A DNA stretch of 64,000 nt from Balanoglossus misakiensis. Taxonomy: Eukaryota > Animalia > Hemichordata. How positions within the stretch are numbered: the stretch's first letter is position 1; every line of letters starts with the position of its first letter. Below the pieces are notes generated by a model, which was not told the origin of the DNA, made no database searches, and worked only from the letters and a program-made list of their open reading frames with translations. The position numbers and the translations under genes were made by a program. This document shows positions 61,601 to 64,000 of this stretch, piece by piece. Where the stretch lies: assembly GCA_040954595.2 (NCBI GenBank), contig CM082596.2, positions 3,209,139 through 3,273,138 on the forward strand. Reading direction: 5' to 3'.

Positions 61601-64000
61601 ATGCCATATTTTTGCTTTTAATAAACACCCATCTTCATTTCTGAAACAAATTTAGTGCAGATTTGCGTAAATTTGAATGTTTTTTAAAAATATGTTACAG
61701 AAATCTTTAGTGGTTGTTAATTAAATGTACACGTATAAGCAATGTATTACCGGTAAATATTCTCCATTCATCACATCTGAATGCTAGACATACTTGTACC
61801 TAATTACACACGATGTGATGTTAATTCAGACTGAGCTCTGTCGTCACAGTTCCCTTGAAGTGTGTTGTTTTCAAAAACAGCCTACAACCACGGCAACACG
61901 CATTGTTTGTGTATATCTCAATGTAATGACACGTGTCACTTTCGCATAGCTGTCATCGCGATCACCCGAGCGTGTGATTCGTGAAACTGACAAGTGTGAG
62001 TAATGAAATTGACTCAGCATAGTCATGGCAATGACATTTTGAACTTGGTCTGATCAGACTGATATCGCATGACTAAGAGTGTGTTTGCGTGAATGTATCA
62101 CTGTGAAATATATCAACAACATGAAACCTGCGGGGGAAATGAAGTATAAAGTATATGCAGATATTGCATCGTTGTACCCTCAGTCCTGTCTGTTTTTATC
62201 TCACTTGACAATTCTTAGAAATCTCGTATTGTCTAGCCGTGTTTCATCATCTCTCACTTCAGGCACTTATTCAATATTAATATCAAATTGATGAATAATG
62301 TATAAATATCATAACAGGATAATCATTAAATAAATTGCGGCATTTTAATGCCTTATTTATGAAGATCAAAGAATGCAATCTTATACATTTTGACATACTT
62401 CTGATGTGTGACTAATACACGCTGGGATCCAGTCATCAGTGAAATGTATCTGTGTGGATGTCACAATATAATTATGAGAGCCGTCAACATTAAAAATTAG
62501 TGTTATCTTCCAGTATGTGTCACAGGATTGTATTCTCCTTGCGTGGTCCATGGCAAGATTCCAAATCCTGATTAATATTTTGTTTAAAAGGGGAAATTTG
62601 TAATATTGAGATCTGTCTCGTGTTTGATCAATAGTCTCCAATGCTTGACAACATCTCATTACCAAGACCTGTTTATTCAGTCTCTTAAAGATGTGCTGAT
62701 TTATTGCCTTCCTTTCCCATTTCCGTTAGACGAAAATGTAATCGGAGATTTGTCGCCTCTAATATGCCAAGTTTTGAATATTTTATAAGATGAAAACAAT
62801 ATGTGTGATACTAGAAAGATTGCTTGATGAAATGAGCATTGCATAGTTGCCGGCAGACATAATGACGTCACAAGTGTCTTGCGTTGTGTGTGAACACTTT
62901 TTTGGGTTTGCAGACAAAGATTTTCGTATTATCATCAGCGAACAAATTACAAATCTTGAAGTTTATCGCAAAACATTGATCTGTCCAAAATGATCGCCTG
63001 GTGTTATAGCGCCACCTATGGTCAATATGTTCCCATCTTCACACTGTACAGAGTTCACTGAACATACTGTCAAGTTTCCGTGGTGATGACACATAACCTC
63101 ATTGTCCTTGTCTAGTCATCATGTAGTCATCATTAGTATGTTTGCTGGTTGGATTTTCTAGTCAAAGAATATCATAAATTTCAGTTATTCATAAAATAAT
63201 TTATTAGTGAGAGATAAATTCTGAAATCACTGACATGTTTCATCTATCAAAAGGACCGAGTGATATTAAACTGCTAAAATAACTCCCAACATTGTACTGG
63301 TATTGATAATTTGCGTGTCTGTCATACATGTATCTGTATGCATTCCCTGTCATATTTATATGAATATCATGGATGTATGTCGTAAATCAAGGAAAGACGC
63401 AAGCTATCACTTGCATTGGTCATTCACTCATCCAATCAGATATTGATTAAAGAAAAAATGTTTGACTTAATTCTGGCTTCATTTGCTCATCTCTGTTTAA
63501 GGACAGTTGTACATATTGATTCAATTGTTTATTTTCATGTACAAGGAGCCAATTAATAACATTCTCTGCACATTCTATATGTGATTAAATTCTTTCTCAT
63601 TTCCTCCCATCATGCTGCTGGGCCTCATATATCCACTTCCTTGTGAAATAGATCTTGAATTACCTTGAACTAGACCTACAATTTCCTGAGAGAGCGACCT
63701 TCCACATCATAAAGTGCCATCAAAACATACTGGCCACCTGTCTGTGGTGAAGTGCTGTTCTTGCCAAACAGAGAAGCATCAGTAATTCCAAACTCATTAA
63801 GGCTAAAACTGCCCAGCCATTAGTGGTTCTAAATTATCCCAGTCAGCAATAAATATGCCAGAATTAACATTTTAATGAACATCAAGCTGGATTCGGCCTT
63901 CTGATCCAGACAAGACAAGAATGTCTAATACCTAGTCGTTGAATTTTATTAGGGCTTATTGTAAATAATTAATCTGCTAATCTGACTTAGTGTATTGCTA

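Noticed and set aside
58700-64000. Short ORFs after ASB8
   Set aside because: No recognisable protein signal or consistent exon structure; likely UTR, intergenic or intronic.

Overview
Intron-rich, AT-rich animal (invertebrate) genomic DNA with short GT-AG introns; species not determinable from sequence alone. Conserved genes occupy both flanks: an 8-finger C2H2 zinc-finger gene and PTPN23/HD-PTP on the left, PITRM1 and ASB8 (head-to-head) on the right. Between PTPN23 and PITRM1 lies a ~20 kb block of six genes that looks like a duplicated three-gene innate-immunity-type module in the order LRR - A - B, twice. Copy 1: an LRR fused to a caspase-8-like domain lacking both catalytic residues, orphan A1, and B1. 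Copy 2: an LRR-only gene, A2, and B2. B genes encode two ubiquitin-like domains plus an IFI44-like P-loop GTPase. A genes encode an inferred TIR-like N-domain with a conserved Glu and an apparently degenerate IFI44-like GTPase fold with an HCxxC motif. Exon models were hand-spliced and all six give open frames. Domain calls for family A and the Ubl headers are pattern-based inference, and novelty is unverified without database searches.
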